64,000 nt of DNA from Camelus dromedarius (taxonomy: Eukaryota): assembly GCF_036321535.1 (NCBI RefSeq), contig NC_087436.1, positions 40,488,001-40,552,000 on the forward strand, given 5' to 3'. Shown piece by piece: positions 26,042 through 39,560 of the stretch. A program made the position numbers and the translations under genes. The notes under the pieces are model-generated. The model was not told the DNA's origin. It saw only the letters and a program-made list of their open reading frames with translations, and did no database searches. Numbering within the stretch: position 1 is the stretch's first letter; the number at the start of each line of letters is the position of its first letter.

Positions 26042-27775
26042 GTATCAATAGTGGTTTGATTGGAGTACTGTGAAATCCATAGGAACTGACACATTTTTAA
26101 CTGAAACAATTATTTAAAATCATTCTCGTACTTAAAATGCAGAAGGTGCCAAGGAAGGAGATGATGGCCTGAATCAAGCAGCATGTAAAATATTCATAAC
26201 CATTATCTGGTCTACATTTGGAAGAAGTCTCTGATGGGAGATGCAGAGACATTTCTTCAACAGTCAACAAAAAAATTATGATTATTGTTATTTGACACAG
26301 TAGCAGTATCATTTGTTGGAGAGCACACCACGGCTTTAAACGCCATGTGTTCTGTCTGATATAGGAGTTCCTTGATTGCTCAGAGTGAAACTGGGATGAC
26401 AGTCAGTAGTAACATCTCGCCAATTAATATGGAGAAAATGTAAGAGGCCATTCTATATCCCTAAAACCTTGACATGAATATTTTAATAATCTTTACTTTC
26501 ATCTTCCAAATCATCTCTCCTTATGATTACATGTATCTTTCACATAGCAAGCAGGTGTCAAGAAACTGAAATGCTACTGCAAATGATGATAATGTGCTTA
26601 TTATTTCCAAGATGCAGCAAATCATTTTGACATTATAAATAGAAATATGATTAAAATCACTTTGTGTAGACTCATTACTGCATAATGCTTTATGTCAAAA
26701 CATATTAGTTACCTCACAGCCATCTTAGAAACACAGTCTCAATAAAACAGCATTTCTTACCTTCCTTTTCTTGTTAAGCCTTTGCTCAGGTAATGTCATT
26801 CTCCCCTTACCTGGGTGGAAAACTTCTCTTGAGATGCTGCCACTTTGAAGGAAGGTGCTCAAGTTACAGGTGACAGCATTTCCTCAGGGTCTAAGGGCAA
26901 AAGTACCTGCAATAGTTTATAGAATTGAGCATCGTGTCTCACTAGAGTTTCTTCCCATGGGCTAAACTGTGGAAATTTGAGAAACTTCGCACAAACTACA
27001 GATTGATCTGGAGCACTTAAAATGTTAGCCTGGGCATATTTTAATTTGCATGGAATACAGAAATTCTGTAGAGCAGAATTTAAATTGAGTCTCAATCTGG
27101 TTCAAACATGTGCTTGCTTGAATATTAGAGGGGTGAGAGGTGGAAGGAGGAACGAGAAGCCCCTGGAAAAATTATGGGTGGAAAAGACTTGCCTAAGCTA
27201 GAGACCAGGATACAAAACAGCTTTGCTTCCATGGGCTGTGTGAGCTCACCAAGATACCCTGAGGAGCAGAGGAAGCTGCATTTGAAGGAAAGAAGCCTGT
27301 TGGTAAGGCTGTAATGGCAAGAGGAGATCCTAACCTGGGACCTGTGGCTTAGAGTTTCTTCAGATCGCACACACATACACACACACTTGTACATGTGCAG
27401 TCACACATGCACAATCTCACACACACGTATGAATGATGCATTTAATCTGGCACTTTCAGGATCTGGCACACAAGCCTGGTATAGCAAAGCAGTAACCATC
27501 AATACCTACTTTAGAAATGATTGCGTTTCAGCTTTAGGGAATTGAGTCTCCTGACACTCTGAGAGCTGGAGCTCAGGAAAAGGAGTGGAGGTCTCTTGAG
27601 TGATCACTCAGCTTTAAAAACTTTTATGGCTTGCCTCTCATGAAATTTGTAGCCTTGGAAGCACGGAGTATCCTGAAGCTTTCCTCAGTCAGCTGTGCGT
27701 GGGTCCCTAGAGTATGTAAGGCGGTGGCTAATGCCTGACCCGGGAGATGATGATGGTGGTGGTGTCAGGCCTAAC

Positions 27776-28375
27776 TGTTACTAGAAAGTAGGTTCTTGTC
27801 TTGTTGCAGAATGAATTCAGAGATGCACAGATCAAGAAAGTAAGGTAAGGATTTATTAAGCAGTAGTACGCTCTCAAGGGGAGAGTGGGCAGACTCGGGT
27901 GAGCAGTTGCTCTGAGTTTCTTTGGCAAGCTGTTTATGTAGGGGTATAGAAATGAATGTGTAGAATATTCATTGGAATGGGAGGGATTTGGGGCCATATT
28001 CCCTGATTTCCATCCCAGCTTCACCCTCCCAAGGGGAGGAAGGATTTTTGTCCTTATTTTGTCTGGATCAGAAGTGTCATGGTGTTGGTGCATGGTGGGT
28101 ACTTCTAATCAGTGAGGCTAATTTTCCTGTAATGAGGGCATAATGAGCAAAAGGTTACATTCAGATATGGGACATTCCTCCCTTTCCCCACCTTTCTTTG
28201 TCTGCCTCCAAGACACTTGTTACCCCAAAATATGTGATTTCTTATCAGTCCAGAGGTTCTTGTTTTTCTCTGTCTGCCCAAGGATCCCCTGTTGTTCACA
28301 AGATGTATGGTTTTCTGCCATTTGTCCTGTGCCCCCATTTCTCTGCTCCTATCTAGCTATCTGCCTGCTCTAACA
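27776..28375 (-). mobile_element. ERV1 solo LTR (600 bp), same family as 37612-38268
   Basis: tgtta...taaca inverted termini, flanks taac/ttac (3/4 TSD), minus-strand AATAAA. Confidence 0.9.
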
Positions 28376-28390
28376 TTACTATGGTTCTGC

Positions 28391-29040
28391 TAGAGGTGAA
28401 TTAACTGGAAGGTGATGAAGCTTAAGCCCCTTTTTGTTGCTGTTCTAAATAAATACTTTTAAATAAACAAACAGAAAAACATATCAAAACAACAAAAATA
28501 CTGAGAGCTTTGTGGCTCGTGCCAAGGTCCACACGACAAATAGACACTGTATTGGATTTCAGGGAGGACATGAGTGGGATAGGTGCTTACAAAGGGAAGT
28601 GACAAATGATTAACACGGCAAACTCTTCCTCCTAGGTCACATTACAGCAGTGCTTGTGTGCTGAATCACCCTTTTTGAAGGGTCTCCTTTCTAGCCCTTT
28701 GTGCTCCAACACATGGTTCCAGTGAAATTCGTAAATTGACAAGACATTTCCAACAGCTGCACATGGTGACTGAAGATGGAAGTTCAGTGTTTACATTGCA
28801 TACTCTTTATTCTTTCTGAAGGCATATCAGCTTAATAGGATAGAACACATTCTATTTACATTCATTTGCTGATTTGTAACTTTAAAGTATTTAAGTGTGT
28901 GTGTGTGATCCTTTATTTGTATCCACATGCTGCTCTACGTTGTATAAAGATGACACTGTTTCCCTGCTTTACTATTGCTCCAAACCCAAGCAACCTAGAC
29001 ACTATTCATTGAAAGAAAGTTGTAACTTAGATAGGTCCTT
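28391..29040 (+). mobile_element. Possible hAT-Tip100 (Arthur1-like) fragment
   Basis: tagaggtgaattaactggaaggtgatgaagcttaagc resembles the recalled Arthur1 terminus. Extent uncertain. Confidence 0.4.
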
Positions 29041-29110
29041 CTCTTAGTACTAATCAATATATTTTGACAGGATAATGCACAAAGAACAGTAAACTGTAAG
29101 GATCTATTTT

Positions 29111-29129
29111 TACTTACTTACTTACTTAC

Positions 29130-29172
<43 letters not shown>

Positions 29173-29764
29173 TATTGAAGTATAGTCAGTTTACAATGTG
29201 TCAACTTCTGTTGTACAGCATAATGTTTCAGCCATACATATAAAACCATATATTTGTTTTCAGATTCTCTTTCATTATAGGTTACTACAGGATATTGAAT
29301 ACAGTTCCCTATGCTTTACAGAAGAAAGTTGTGTATCTATTTTATATATACTAGTTAACATTTGCAAATCTCTAATTCCAAATTTATCCCTTCCCATCTC
29401 TTTTCCCCTTCAGTAACCATAAGTTTTTTCACTATGTCTGTGAGTCTTATTTGCAGATAGAGTTGACTGGTGTCTTCATTTTTCTTCTTTTAGATTCCAC
29501 ATATGAGTGATATCATACGGTGTTTTTCTTTCTCCTTCTGGTTTACTTCACCTAGGATGATGATCTCCAGGTCCATCCATGTTGCTGTGAATGGCATTAT
29601 TTTATTACTTTTTATGGTTGAGCAGTAATCCATTGTATAAATATACCACAACTTCTTTATCCAGTCATCTGTCAATGGACATTTAGGTTGCTTTCATGTC
29701 TTGGCTATTGTATACAGTGCTGCTATGAACATTGGAGTGCATATATCTTTTCGAATTAGGGTTA
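29111..29764 (-). mobile_element. Young L1 3' end with (TTAC)n(TTTA)n tail-derived microsatellite
   Basis: ORF 29490-29675 is the L1 ORF2p C-terminus (WIKKLWYIYTMDY...TWMDLE...MISLICGI), followed by the 3' UTR and tail. Confidence 0.97.
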
Positions 29765-30501
29765 CAAATTTTAATACTAATTTGTACTCCTGGAGAAAAG
29801 AACTGGTATTTGAACTGAGCATAATCTGATTAAATTAAGTTGACTGTAAAGGAACAACTTTTTCATTCTGGTCACTTTTTTGCAAGAAATACTCATCATC
29901 TCACTACAGTACAGTAATTGACTAGCTTCAGGTAGCAAGTATTTTCCAAGAACCCTTATTGGTGTCTGTTTGCAGATGCAAAATTAAAATCAGAAGTCTT
30001 GTTACCATGTAACAAGCTGTTAGAGTCTGTGAAAAGTGAGATTTAAATTTCATTCAAAGAGAGAAGAAAAGTAAAGACTCGGCTGGATTGACTTCATCTA
30101 GTCAAATGATTATTTTATTGAAGACCTAAAAAGTGGCATATGCTCGCTGCCATTACACTCGAATTTCCTGTGAAATGATGTCACTTTAGTAGTACTAAAT
30201 TGCTTAAACCAAGGAGTCTATTAACTACTAGGATTTTGTTTTGTCTTCTTATCTCATCCTTACCTCTTACAGACTAAGACTGTCAAAAATGATAACTGGT
30301 AACTGCTATGCATAACTTTGCGTTTGGGCCAGAAGAAATTTAAGTGGTATGTGGTAAAAATAAAAGTTAAAAAAAATCACCCTTCATGAGAGTGGTTGGC
30401 ACGTGTACAGCTGTCAGCTTAAATGATATCAGCACCTTTCTCTGTGCGAGATTTAATTTTCTTTTATATGCTAGCAATCTAGTGTCATTTCTTTTAAACA
30501 G

Positions 30502-30528
30502 GCTTGTCAGAATTTGGCACTGAACATG
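30502..30528 (+). other. Candidate 27-nt microexon
   Basis: catttcttttaaacag|GCTTGTCAGAATTTGGCACTGAACATG|gtgaga; frame-preserving length; lies in non-repeat sequence. Confidence 0.25.
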
Positions 30529-30879
30529 GTGAGAGGCTTGCTGAAATTTACCGTGGGGCAGAAAAAGTGTGCTAAATCTCAGCAGTCTAGTACCAGGAGA
30601 CCTGATTCTATACTGCCAATAGGTCTAAAGTTAATTAGATATAGAAATTATGGCCGTTTAGTCTTGAGAACCATCCTTTAATTTCCTGAGGCAAAGAAGA
30701 AAGCATTTGTTGAAATTTATAAAATTAAGAGATAAGGGAATGCCAACTAGAGCAGAAGCTGTTATATGATCATGCCCATCAGTTTTACCTAGTGTGACAT
30801 GACTAGAATTAATATACAGGCCTAATAGTTCCCATCCTCAAGATGCCAGTCCTTAACAAACCACCTCCTGTTATTCCAC

Positions 30880-31830
30880 CAAAAGATAAATTTCATGATA
30901 GAAGGAAATTTTGTTGATTGTTTTTCACTGCTTAATCTCCAGGAACTAGAGTAGTGACTGACTACATACAGTAGGTGTTAGATAATGATAGATTATATGA
31001 ATGAATGAATAACATAATGTCAGCCAAAATGTCAATTGTGAAGATGTCCCTCATTGAGCAAAAGTGAAATACTCAAAAGACTAAGCAAAAAGATTAAGAT
31101 GAAATTCCTTATCATGGCATAAAATGTTGCAATGATCTAGCCCCTGCTTAGTTTTAAACCTTAATTTTTTTTATTGAAATATAGTAATTTTATAATGTGT
31201 CAATTTCTGGTGTACAGCATAATGTTTTAGTCATACATGTATATTCATATATTCCTTTTCATATTCTTTTTCATTATTGGTTATTGAAAGATATTGAATA
31301 TAATTCCCTGTGCTATACAGTAGAAATTTGCTGTTTATCTATTATTATATTATAGTAGTTAGTACTTGCAAATCCCAAACTCCCAATTTATCCTTTTCCA
31401 GCCCTTTTCCCCCATAACCGTAAGCTTACTTTCTATGTCTGTCTAACCATCAAGTCATTTCCAAAATACCAATGCTTTTTCACATTTTTATACTTTTGCA
31501 TGAGCTATTCCCTTCCTTAGAAATTTCTACCCCCATCTATCAAATGGCTATTATATTTATCCTTTAGTTCAAATAATCCCTCCTCTGGGAAATAATTCCT
31601 GATAACATTGCCCCCTTACCCTCAAGTAAGTTCAACATTTTCCACTTTCTGATTCCAAAGTACTTTATATAAATATTCAACACACTGTTATAGTCGTGAT
31701 GTATTGTAGACACAATACAATATGAAATACTAGAAGGTTTAAAATAGATCTTATTCATCTATCTGTCTCCAGGAATTTATACATAGCACCATATAACTGC
31801 TCACAAAATTCATTGTAATAAATAATAGAT
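30880..31830 (+). mobile_element. L2 3' fragments (two pieces, the second interrupted by L1)
   Basis: tttttcactgcttaatctccagg...cagtaggtg...atgaatgaatgaa; cagtc-like L2 body ttcaaataatccctcctctgggaa. Confidence 0.65.
31164..31442 (-). mobile_element. Young L1 3' end, 5'-truncated
   Basis: ttttttattgaaatatagt...tgtcaatttctggtgtacagc...ttctatgtctgt. Confidence 0.93.
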
Positions 31831-32259
31831 GTATATGTCCATATAATATTTTAAAGTACTTATGATATTACAAAAAGCTTGCTAAATGCTTTAGACATAA
31901 AAAATGAAAAGACACAGTTCTTTCCTAAAAGAATTTAGAATCCAGGAAGAAGATACTTATGCACATAAACTACCATAATATCATATTATATTTGCATAAA
32001 TACAGAGAGGAAGTCAGTTCAGTAGAAAATAAGGTGAATAGTCTCTTAAATCTATCTGGGAGACAAAGAAAGCTTCACATTAATGATAACATTAAAGTTG
32101 AGATTTGAAGGATAAAGGAATTTACCTATTGGGCGAAAAAAAAAAAAAATCAAGTAGATGAATCAACACCCAAAGAGCTCCATGCGAGCAGGAAAGTGAG
32201 GCAGGGAAGCTTCTAATTAGTCGAACCCTAGTTGAATTAGATCGATCTTCCTCAAATCT

Positions 32260-33640
32260 ATTGAGCTGTGATGAGCAAAACTAAATCCTCTCTGGAGGGA
32301 TCAATAGGAGCCTCAAAATGTCAGTAACATTCCTCATAGATCATGTTCAGGAGGGTGGGAATGGATAAATCGGAGAGTTTTAGATTTGCAAACGTTAGGC
32401 ACTATATAAAAAAAAAAGATTAAAATTCTTCTATATAGCACAGGGAACTATAGTCAATATCTTGTAATAACCATTAATGAATAAGTATATGAAAGTGAAT
32501 ATATGTATGTATATGCATGACTGGGACATTGTGCTGTACACCAGAAATTGCCATACTGTAACTGACTATACTTCAATAAACAAACAAACAAAAATGCAAT
32601 GAAAAATTAAGTGGAACATCAGATGAAAAGAACAAATGACTGAAAAGAGAGAAAGAAACAAAATAGAACTAGACTCTGGAGATCTGTGTATTATAGTTAT
32701 TAAACATAGAATTTATAACAACTAAAATTTATAGGCCAATGATTATAAAAATTTAAGAAGAAAACTATATATTATAAAATATTAAACTGAAATTTCAGAG
32801 ATGAGATACAAAATAATTAAAATTAACAATTCAAGGAATGATTGTAAGAACTGATTAAATAGAAAAAAATATTAATGTGTTAGAAGATAGGTCAATAGAA
32901 AATAACCAGACAAAATCTTAAATAGAAATATCAAGGATGACTTCAAAATCATAAAAAAACTGCTAAAATTAAAATATGGGAGAAATTCCAAAATAAGTCA
33001 TAGAAAAAGTCATATTATACTCACAGGAACAATAATAAAATTAACATAATTCATTAACATAAAGCCAGAAAACAATGAAAAGATATCTTGAAAGCACTGA
33101 AAGTAAAGAACTGATAAGGCAGACTGCTCTCTGAAAACATCTTCAAAAATAATGCTAAATTCTAAAATCTCTGAAAAGAGATCATAGGAGAAATTCTTTG
33201 TATCTGCAAACATTTTATAGATAGGACACACAAAAAATGAACCATAGCAGAAAAAAATAATAAAATAAGTATAATTAAAAAGACTTCTGCTCTTCAAAGG
33301 CTCATCAACAATAAAAAAATGTATAAACACAACTATGCAAAGATCAGGCACAGACTAAGATCAGATACAGTACATTTATTTGACAAAAAAATTTGCATTC
33401 AAATAAATAAGAACTTTCATAAATCAGTAATAAGGAGAAAAAAAATTCAATAAAAAATGTGGTCAAATAATTTAAACAGAAACTTCAAAGACAATGTGAA
33501 CATATTATATGAATAACCAGTGTGCACATAAAGACTTCCAACAGCATTAACCAACAGGGAAATGCTCATTATAACCAAAACAGAAATCACTATACACTCC
33601 TTAGAAAAGAGCAAAATTAAAAAGTCTGACCATATGAAGT
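32260..33640 (+). mobile_element. Degraded old L1 (L1ME-like) ORF1/ORF2 fragments
   Basis: A-rich L1 sense text: ttagaagataggtcaatagaaaataaccaga; cagcattaaccaacagggaaatgc...aaaattaaaaagtctgac. Confidence 0.65.
32350..32593 (+). mobile_element. Young L1 3' end nested in old L1
   Basis: tatagcacagggaactata...gctgtacaccagaaattg...tgactatacttcaataaa followed by a (caaa)n tail. Confidence 0.93.
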
Positions 33641-35364
33641 TCTATATTTTATAGACATGTTTGCCTTATACTGAAATATACCTAGATATTAATTCGTACA
33701 CTCCTGTAAGTGTCATAGAAAATCTGAATTAAGATTTTTAATTCAAATTTTAAGATTTGATACACTCAGAAGCATTACATTGTTATTTAAATGACTATAG
33801 CTTAGTCAGAGTTTTTCATTAACTTAAAGGTAAAAGAACAAAAAAGATACAATATGTTTTACACTATGCTGTATCTTTTTAATTGTTAGTTTGCTGCTTA
33901 ATAAAAATGCTATGCAAAAAAATTCTCAATTTGTCCACCAAAGGAACAGCCTGACATGATCTTTACACATTTCCCATAACAAAATTTGTATGTTCTGCAG
34001 TTCTGATTTCAGTGTAAAGGGATAGATATTTGGGACAGGTGATTTCCTTATCTTTCAAATTATTTCAGAATGATTATAAGTCAGAGATCATTATTAGAAA
34101 ATAATGAGTTTCAACACTGGCACTTATGATACAAATTGATAATCTAAAGGTAAAAATATTCAGACACTATTACAGCCTCTTGAGTTTTTAGGCTCCATTC
34201 ATTTATTGCAAAATAATTCATTTTCTTGCAGGTACTATTTAGTTTGGTTATGACTTAGGAATTTGACATATATAGTAAGGAATGTTAACATTTAAGTATA
34301 TTTCATATCATCTATCAACAATCATACATTATTACACTTGACATTTTAATTTTGCATCCAAAATGATAAAAAAAAAATTCAAGCCACCTTGCATAGTAAT
34401 CTTGATTCATATGCTTGATACATTTGATATTCGAAATGAATTTAGGTTTGTTTTATGTCCCCTTTCTACCCATTCTCTTAATTTTCTGAAAATAAAAGCA
34501 TTCAAAAATATATTTTAAAGAAAATAGCTTAAAAAGTTTTTTCTATGACATATTAGAGAATTTTAAAGTTAACTAGATATCAAAATTCTTCATTAATATC
34601 CAAAGCAGATTTCCAATTATATTGTCATTCTTGTGATATTTTAATAACCTACATTTCCCCTTGCTAGCTCAAACATTTTGGAATTATGTCTCATGAAATA
34701 AAAATTAGAAAGCACTCATTTTGTCTTTTTTTTTCAGTCCCAAGTTTAGATCTTGCTGAAATAGTCAATTTTCTCTCTGTCAACACTACATGTTAGAGAG
34801 TTTCTTGGAATCAAAGGAACAAGAGAATCAGAAACAATTATCATTCAGGTTCCCTTTATATTTGATCTGGTGAAGTCTAGGCAACTATTCCTGCTAAGCA
34901 TAACTCTCTTCCCTGAGAACATTCAGCCCCGATGGAGAAGGAGCAACGCCAAATCCTCCTGGAGTTTTACAGAAAAAACATATTACACTAACACAAGGCC
35001 GAAAGGAATGTCCAAGTCTCCCTGTTCTTAGTCTGTTAACAAACAGTTAAGGAGCAGTCAGAGACAAAAATGGAGCAGTGAATTCAGGCTAAAAATAATA
35101 ACGATAATCATAGAAGTTTGAGGAAAACTTAAACAGTAGAGTTATAGCAAAATCTTATGGGCAATTTTTTTAAGTCTCTGTAAAAAATAAACTTAGCACA
35201 TAGAATTCAATTAGGGAAAAAAATAGGGCTGATTATTAGGTTTGGTCATTGATGAGAACTGTGTGGGAGAGTCAAGGCGAAAAGGAGATTTCACTAAGGG
35301 GGAAGGTAAAGAATTGAGACTTGAATACATGGTTTTCTTACTATTCTTCTAGAGCCTGAAATTA

Positions 35365-35466
35365 ACTATCAATCAATCTATCCATCAGTCCATCTATTTT
35401 CTATCAATCTATCTACTATCTATCTATCTAACCTACCTATCATCTATCTAGAGACAGAGACAGAGA
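35365..35466. repeat. Degenerate (ATCT)n followed by a GA-rich simple repeat
   Basis: Direct reading of the sequence. Confidence 0.8.
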
Positions 35467-36184
35467 TGTGGAGAAAACTAGAGGGGGGATGACCAGCAGT
35501 GGAGAGGTGAGGAGTCAACATACTTTGAGATGTGGGAAGTAGATGGTTAAGCAGTAACTGACTTAGAACACAGAGAAAGCTGAAAACCAAGTACCTGTAG
35601 AGGAGGATGGCAAGAAGAAAACAAGCTGTCTGTGCTGCAAAACAAACCTATGAAAAATTCCTGAAGTGGAGGCACTGTGGGCAGGGTGAGTGTTCATTCA
35701 AACCTAATGAACAGTTTGTGTTAAGGAGGAGTTTAAATGCCCAGATTCGCCCTCACCTCACCTCGGACAGACAGGTGTGTATGTCTTCATGACTAGGCAA
35801 GAGATGAATGGTTTATCTTTTGGAAAAAACTGAATGAGAACAACCCAAGATTCAGGAATGCCAAGGATACTGAAGGGTGAGGTTGAAAAACTGTCCTGAG
35901 ACCAAGGAATTAAGTGAAATTCTAAAAATTAACCTACGAGTCTGATCCTGGTTCTCTAACCAACTACAGTTGTGTGGGCCCTCAGATTTTAACCCCAAAC
36001 CAAGAGATCAGAAAACTTATCTCTGAAGAAACTGACCAGCCTGAAAAACAAAACAAAACCAAGCCTAGAGACATGGATGGCTGGAGATCCAAACAGAACT
36101 TCACTATAGAGTAACAAGCTGTCATTCAATAAGCCACCTTCATAAACAAGCACACACACAATGTCAATAAGCTGTTTTACTGCG

Positions 36185-36505
36185 TTTGAACTGCTTTGTT
36201 GAGATATAATTTACATACCATAAAATTCACCCATTTACCATGTACAACTCATGATTTTTAGTGTATCCACAGAGTTCTGAAACCATCACTACAATCAGCT
36301 TTTAGAATATTTCCTTTACCCCAAAGGAAACTATACTTGTAGCTTTCACTCCCCATTTCCCCTCAATTCCAGCAACCCTGGACAACCATTGATCTACTTT
36401 CTGTCTCTCTAGATTTGCCTATTCTGGACATTTTGTATAAATGGAATCATATATTATGTGGCCTTTGTGCCTAGCTTCGTCAAAATGGTTTAATGTTTTC
36501 AAGGT
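36185..36505 (-). mobile_element. L1MB-like 3' end, copy 1
   Basis: gctttgttgagatataatttacataccataaaattcacccattt...gatttgcctattctggacattt. Confidence 0.9.
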
Positions 36506-36518
36506 TCATAAGCTTTTT

Positions 36519-36886
36519 AAAAATATGTAACAGCTTTATTGAGATATGATTCACATATCAAACAATTTGCCTGCTTCAAGTGTAAAATTCCATGCTTTTT
36601 AGTGTATTCACATTTTTACATTTGTCACCACAATCAATTTTAGAACATTCCTTTACTCTAAAAAGAAATCCTGTTTCCATTAGCAGTCACACCCCATTTC
36701 TCTTGGACAGCTTAAGGCCTAGGCAACTACAAATTTCTGTCTCTATAGATTTGCTTATTCTTAACATTTCAGATTGAATTAGTCAATATATGGTCTCTTT
36801 TGTCTGGCTTCTTTTACTTAGCATAATGTTTTCAAGATTCATCCATGTTGTACTGTGTATCAATACTTGAGTCCCTTTTATTTTCA
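36519..36886 (-). mobile_element. L1MB-like 3' end, copy 2
   Basis: aacagctttattgagatatgattcacata...ttacttagcataatgttttcaagattcatccatgttg. Confidence 0.9.
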
Positions 36887-37611
36887 TCAGTAAGCTTTTT
36901 TGACACTTAATTATCATTCAACAGCCAAAGGTCAATACATAGTTGATAAAATCTTATAATATGATAATGTTAAAGAAATCTTGCAGAAAGTCGTAAAACA
37001 AACAAGGATGGAAAATGAAAAAGTGGAATAAAATATTATATAAAATGTCCAGTATACTGCTAACAGGGATAGAAGATTGAACCAACAAAAAGTGGGAGGA
37101 AATAATCAATTAGATACTTAAAGGAATCTAATAAAGAACATTTAATTCCATATTAAAAGATCACAATAATTGCCCATCATCACAATTGGAAAAATGATCT
37201 TCCCAGGAGTTATCATCCAGTAATTCAGAATATAGGTATATAGAAAAAAAAATCTTAATGGGAAAAAATAAGCCAATCACATACAATGCAATATGAATTA
37301 AAATATCATCAGACTGCTTAGTAGTAATCCCGAGAGTCCAAGTACAGTGGTGCAAGTCTTCAGAAGAATGAGACAAATTGATTTACAATCTGAATCTCCA
37401 CACCCCAGTATCAATTAGAGTTGAGGCCAATATCAAGCTATTTTCAAACATGTAAGTACTTAGACAAACATTTCTCATGCATCCCTTCCCAGGGAACTAT
37501 TGTGAGATGAGCAGACTCTAAAAGAGAGTAGACTGAGAAAGCAGAAGATGCAGGATCCAGGAATTTGGGATTAGAGAAAAGGCAAGGACAGAAGACAGAC
37601 AGCAGGGAAAT

Positions 37612-38268
37612 TGTTGCTGGTGACTAGGTTCTTGACCTCTTGCAGAAGGAATTCAGAGACAGGACGCAAAGATTAAGAAAGTAAAATGGGGATTTATTAA
37701 GGGCTAGATTGTACTCTCTCAAGGGGAGAGCGGGCAGGCTCAGGTGAGCAGCTTCCCTGAGTTTCTTTGGCAAGTTGGTTACATAGAGTAAAAATGAATG
37801 GGTGGAATATTCATTGGGGAGGGAAGGGCTTGGGGTCTTATTCCCTGATTTTCACCCTAACTCCACCTTCCCAAAGGGAGGAGGGATTTTTGTCCTTATT
37901 TAGTCTGGATCAGCAAGTGTCATGGCATTGTATAGGTACTTCTAATTAGCACGGCTAATTTTATTGAAATGAGGGCATAATGAGCAAAAGGTTACATTTG
38001 GACACTGGAGATTCCTGCCTTTTCCCACCTGTCTTTGTCAGCCTCCAGGCTGCTTGTCACCCCGAAATGTGACTTGTCACACCAAAATGTGTGACCGTTT
38101 ATCAGCCCAGATGGCTCCTGCTTTTCTTTCTCTGCCCAGGGACCTGTGGTGCTTACATGATATATGGTTTCCTGCATTTGGCCTGTGCCCTCCTTTCTGC
38201 CCAATTCCTACCATTTGGCCTGTGTCTCCCTTTCTCTGCTCATGTCTAGCTATCTGCCCTCTCTAAGA
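37612..38268 (-). mobile_element. ERV1 solo LTR (657 bp), same family as 27776-28375
   Basis: Collinear with 27776-28375 (ctctcaaggggagag, atgagggcataatgagcaaaaggttacatt, ctagctatctgcc). Flanks aaat/aaag. Confidence 0.9.
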
Positions 38269-39194
38269 AAAGGACACCCGAGGACCATGGCTGTGGCTGG
38301 AGAGAGATCACATGGAACAGATGGGAGCAGCTTCAGAAGGAAATAAAATAGAAAAGTTCCTTGTGTGTTTAACTGTGGGGAGAAGAGTTTCAGAGTTCTT
38401 TGGATATACTGTTAGGACGAAGAAAACGGAAACTTGCTGGCAGATAAGCGCTGGGGGTTGGGAAGACTAAGTTAATTTTCATCTTCAATATGTAAAATAT
38501 ACAGGTGATTTATCAAATTAAAAAATAAAATTAAGAAGCAGCAGGATTAGTACATTACTTGGCAGTAAAGAAATAAATGTCATAATAAAAAGATAATTTG
38601 CAAGAGACTTTTTGGGACTCAGAACTCAAATGTTGGGATAAAGTGTTTGCTGTCATTTTCTTTTCCTCCCTTTCTTTATTCCTTTTTTCCTTCTAACTCA
38701 TCCTTGTCCTCCTCCCTCTCCTCCTCTTCCTGTTCTGTCTCCTTTTTTGTTTTGGTTATTAAAAACTTTTAATTACTTAATTTAAAAACATAATCTTACT
38801 TCCATAAAAACCACATTGCAGTTATTTTTTAAATGATGGGTAGTGAGAAAAAAAAGTGATTTCTATTTGAATTTCTATTATTGTAAGTTAACTTGATAAC
38901 TTCAGCAGATAACAAAGGGCACAATGATAATCTGCAGTATGTGGCAAAGTTTTTGTTTTTTGGGGGGGGAGAGTTACTAATTACTTGTTTTAAATGTCTA
39001 GATATTTTTATTTGCTTGGTTTTGTTTCTTCCATTAAGATAGATGAAATGAGGACATGTAGTTTGAAGGTTAGATTCTAGTGGATAAGAAGACATTGATG
39101 AGAGGAATGGAAGGATACATAAATGATGGAGAACTTCTGGAAGAGATGGGAGTAAGTGGACACAAAATCTTTGGTAGGGCTGTTAGGCCCTATA

Positions 39195-39560
39195 ATAGTA
39201 GCTACTCTTTATTAAATGCTCATTTTGTGCCAGTCACAGATGACTTCATTTCAACATCCTGATAATCATATGATGTAAGCATTATTTTTTTCTATTTTAA
39301 AATCAATACTCCTGAATTTTAAAAGAGTTAATAGCTTACTCAAGATAACATGGTTAGTAAATTAAAGGGCAGGGATTTGAATCAATGTCCTATTCTTAAG
39401 TTTGTGAGCCTGAATTCGGGCATCAGTTTCTTCTTGTGTAAAATGTGGGCAGTAGTGCCTCCCTAATCTGCTTATTTCAAAAATGAAATAGATAAATAAA
39501 GAGCATAGTATTGCAACTGGCCCACAGTAAAAATATCATTAGGTTTCATTAATGTTACTA
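39195..39560. mobile_element. Two adjacent MIRs in opposite orientation
   Basis: Minus copy about 39195-39395 (cttactcaagataacatggttagtaa...gggatttgaa); plus copy about 39400-39560 (catcagtttcttcttgtgtaaaatg). Confidence 0.6.

Larger units (their letters stand above)
35560..38810 (+). mobile_element. HAL1 (half-L1) relic hosting three later insertions
   Basis: HAL1-like motifs: aagccacc...aataagctgtttt; ctcatgcatcccttcccagggaactattg...gaagatgcaggatccaggaa; ORF1-like A-rich text with no following ORF2; 3'-end-like sequence near 38755-38810. Confidence 0.6.

Noticed and set aside
27776..38268. Two same-family, same-orientation LTRs about 9 kb apart as the ends of one provirus
   Set aside because: Each has its own flanking TSD-like 4-mers, they differ by indels, and the interval holds L2, HAL1 and unique DNA with no gag/pol/env.
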